DNA from: Podarcis liolepis
Lineage: Eukaryota
DNA length: 64,000 nt
Strand: one strand, 5' to 3'
Assembly (NCBI GenBank): GCA_965112155.1
Contig: OZ218099.1
The notes beneath the pieces are model-generated. The model was not told the DNA's origin. It did not search any database and saw only the letters and a program-made list of their open reading frames with translations. Numbering within the stretch: position 1 is the stretch's first letter; every line of letters begins with the position of its first letter. Shown here piece after piece: positions 63,224 to 64,000 of this stretch. The position numbers and the translations under genes were made by a program.

Positions 63224-64000
63224 CTGTAAAGGAAGCACAGATATTTGAAAATAATCCTAGTAGTACCTACGTATAAGTAGCATGGCTGGAATGGGCCGGG
63301 TGGGTTTAAAGACTTAACAACAAACAACTTTATTATGGTTGTAGACCAGCATAAAGACTTCACCAAATCAAAGTAATAAAATGCTTTCCAAGTGTGTATT
63401 TGAGATAATGGATCTTTAGAGTCTGTCTGATAGCTTGAGCCTGCCTGATGCATTGCTGTGTTTTTAAACTTTCTTTTTTCTTTTAGCCTTCCTAGGGTTC
63501 AAGTTGCATTCTAATGCATTCACAATTTTAAGCTGGCTGGAGGAATATCCGTGTTGTGATCAGTGGACAGGGGCATGCGGTTTAGATGTGGTGAGCATGG
63601 GAAGGGATTACTAGTGCATCCAAACAGGTGGGAGGACTGCAAGTCCTACCCTGCCAAGCCATTCCCACCACTGTCCATCAGCGCAACTTGTCCAAAACTC
63701 TTCCAAACCATTCCACCTAAGCTCTGCCAATGGATGCCCCTCCTCATCAGCTGAAAGAACAAAGTTAATCATCCATGTTGAAAGGCAGTATACTTCTTTG
63801 AAAACCAGGTGCTGGGGTCAAACAGGGAAACATTGTTGTCCTCGTGCCCTGCTCATTAGCCTCCCAGAGACATTTGGTTGGCCAAAGCTGGAAACACAGT
63901 AATAGGCAAGATAGGGGCAAGGGACTTGGCCAAGGTCACAAAACTAGGTACAAGAGGTGGAATCTGAACAGAATTATCACTCCACAGTGGTACAAATGTG

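Overview
Vertebrate genomic DNA, most likely a squamate (lacertid-type lizard, inferred from Sauria SINE, POM-type SINE, CR1, L2, L1 and hAT/mariner MITE content). Two intron-containing genes lie on the minus strand. QRICH2 (sperm-flagellum protein) has its ATG at 38473 and 19 phase-consistent coding exons down to 306 (about 1415 codons; the 3' end is outside the window), with a CpG-island promoter at about 38.9-39.3 kb. PRPSAP1 (PAP39) shows its last 8 coding exons at 63223-52035, including a GC-AG intron. The PRPSAP1-QRICH2 order matches known amniote synteny. The most unusual signals are in QRICH2: (i) an uninterrupted, nearly proline-free, charged 22-triplet Gly-X-Y collagen-like tract followed by a heptad repeat; (ii) a galectin-3-like PGAYPGA repeat in place of the mammalian Gln-rich repeat; (iii) a candidate internal start exon encoding an N-myristoylation-type N-terminus (MGALFSHCHQKK) in frame with the large repeat exon. 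Several nested or TSD-flanked transposon insertions and one 135-bp assembly gap are present. Exon boundaries were read by eye; no searches were run.
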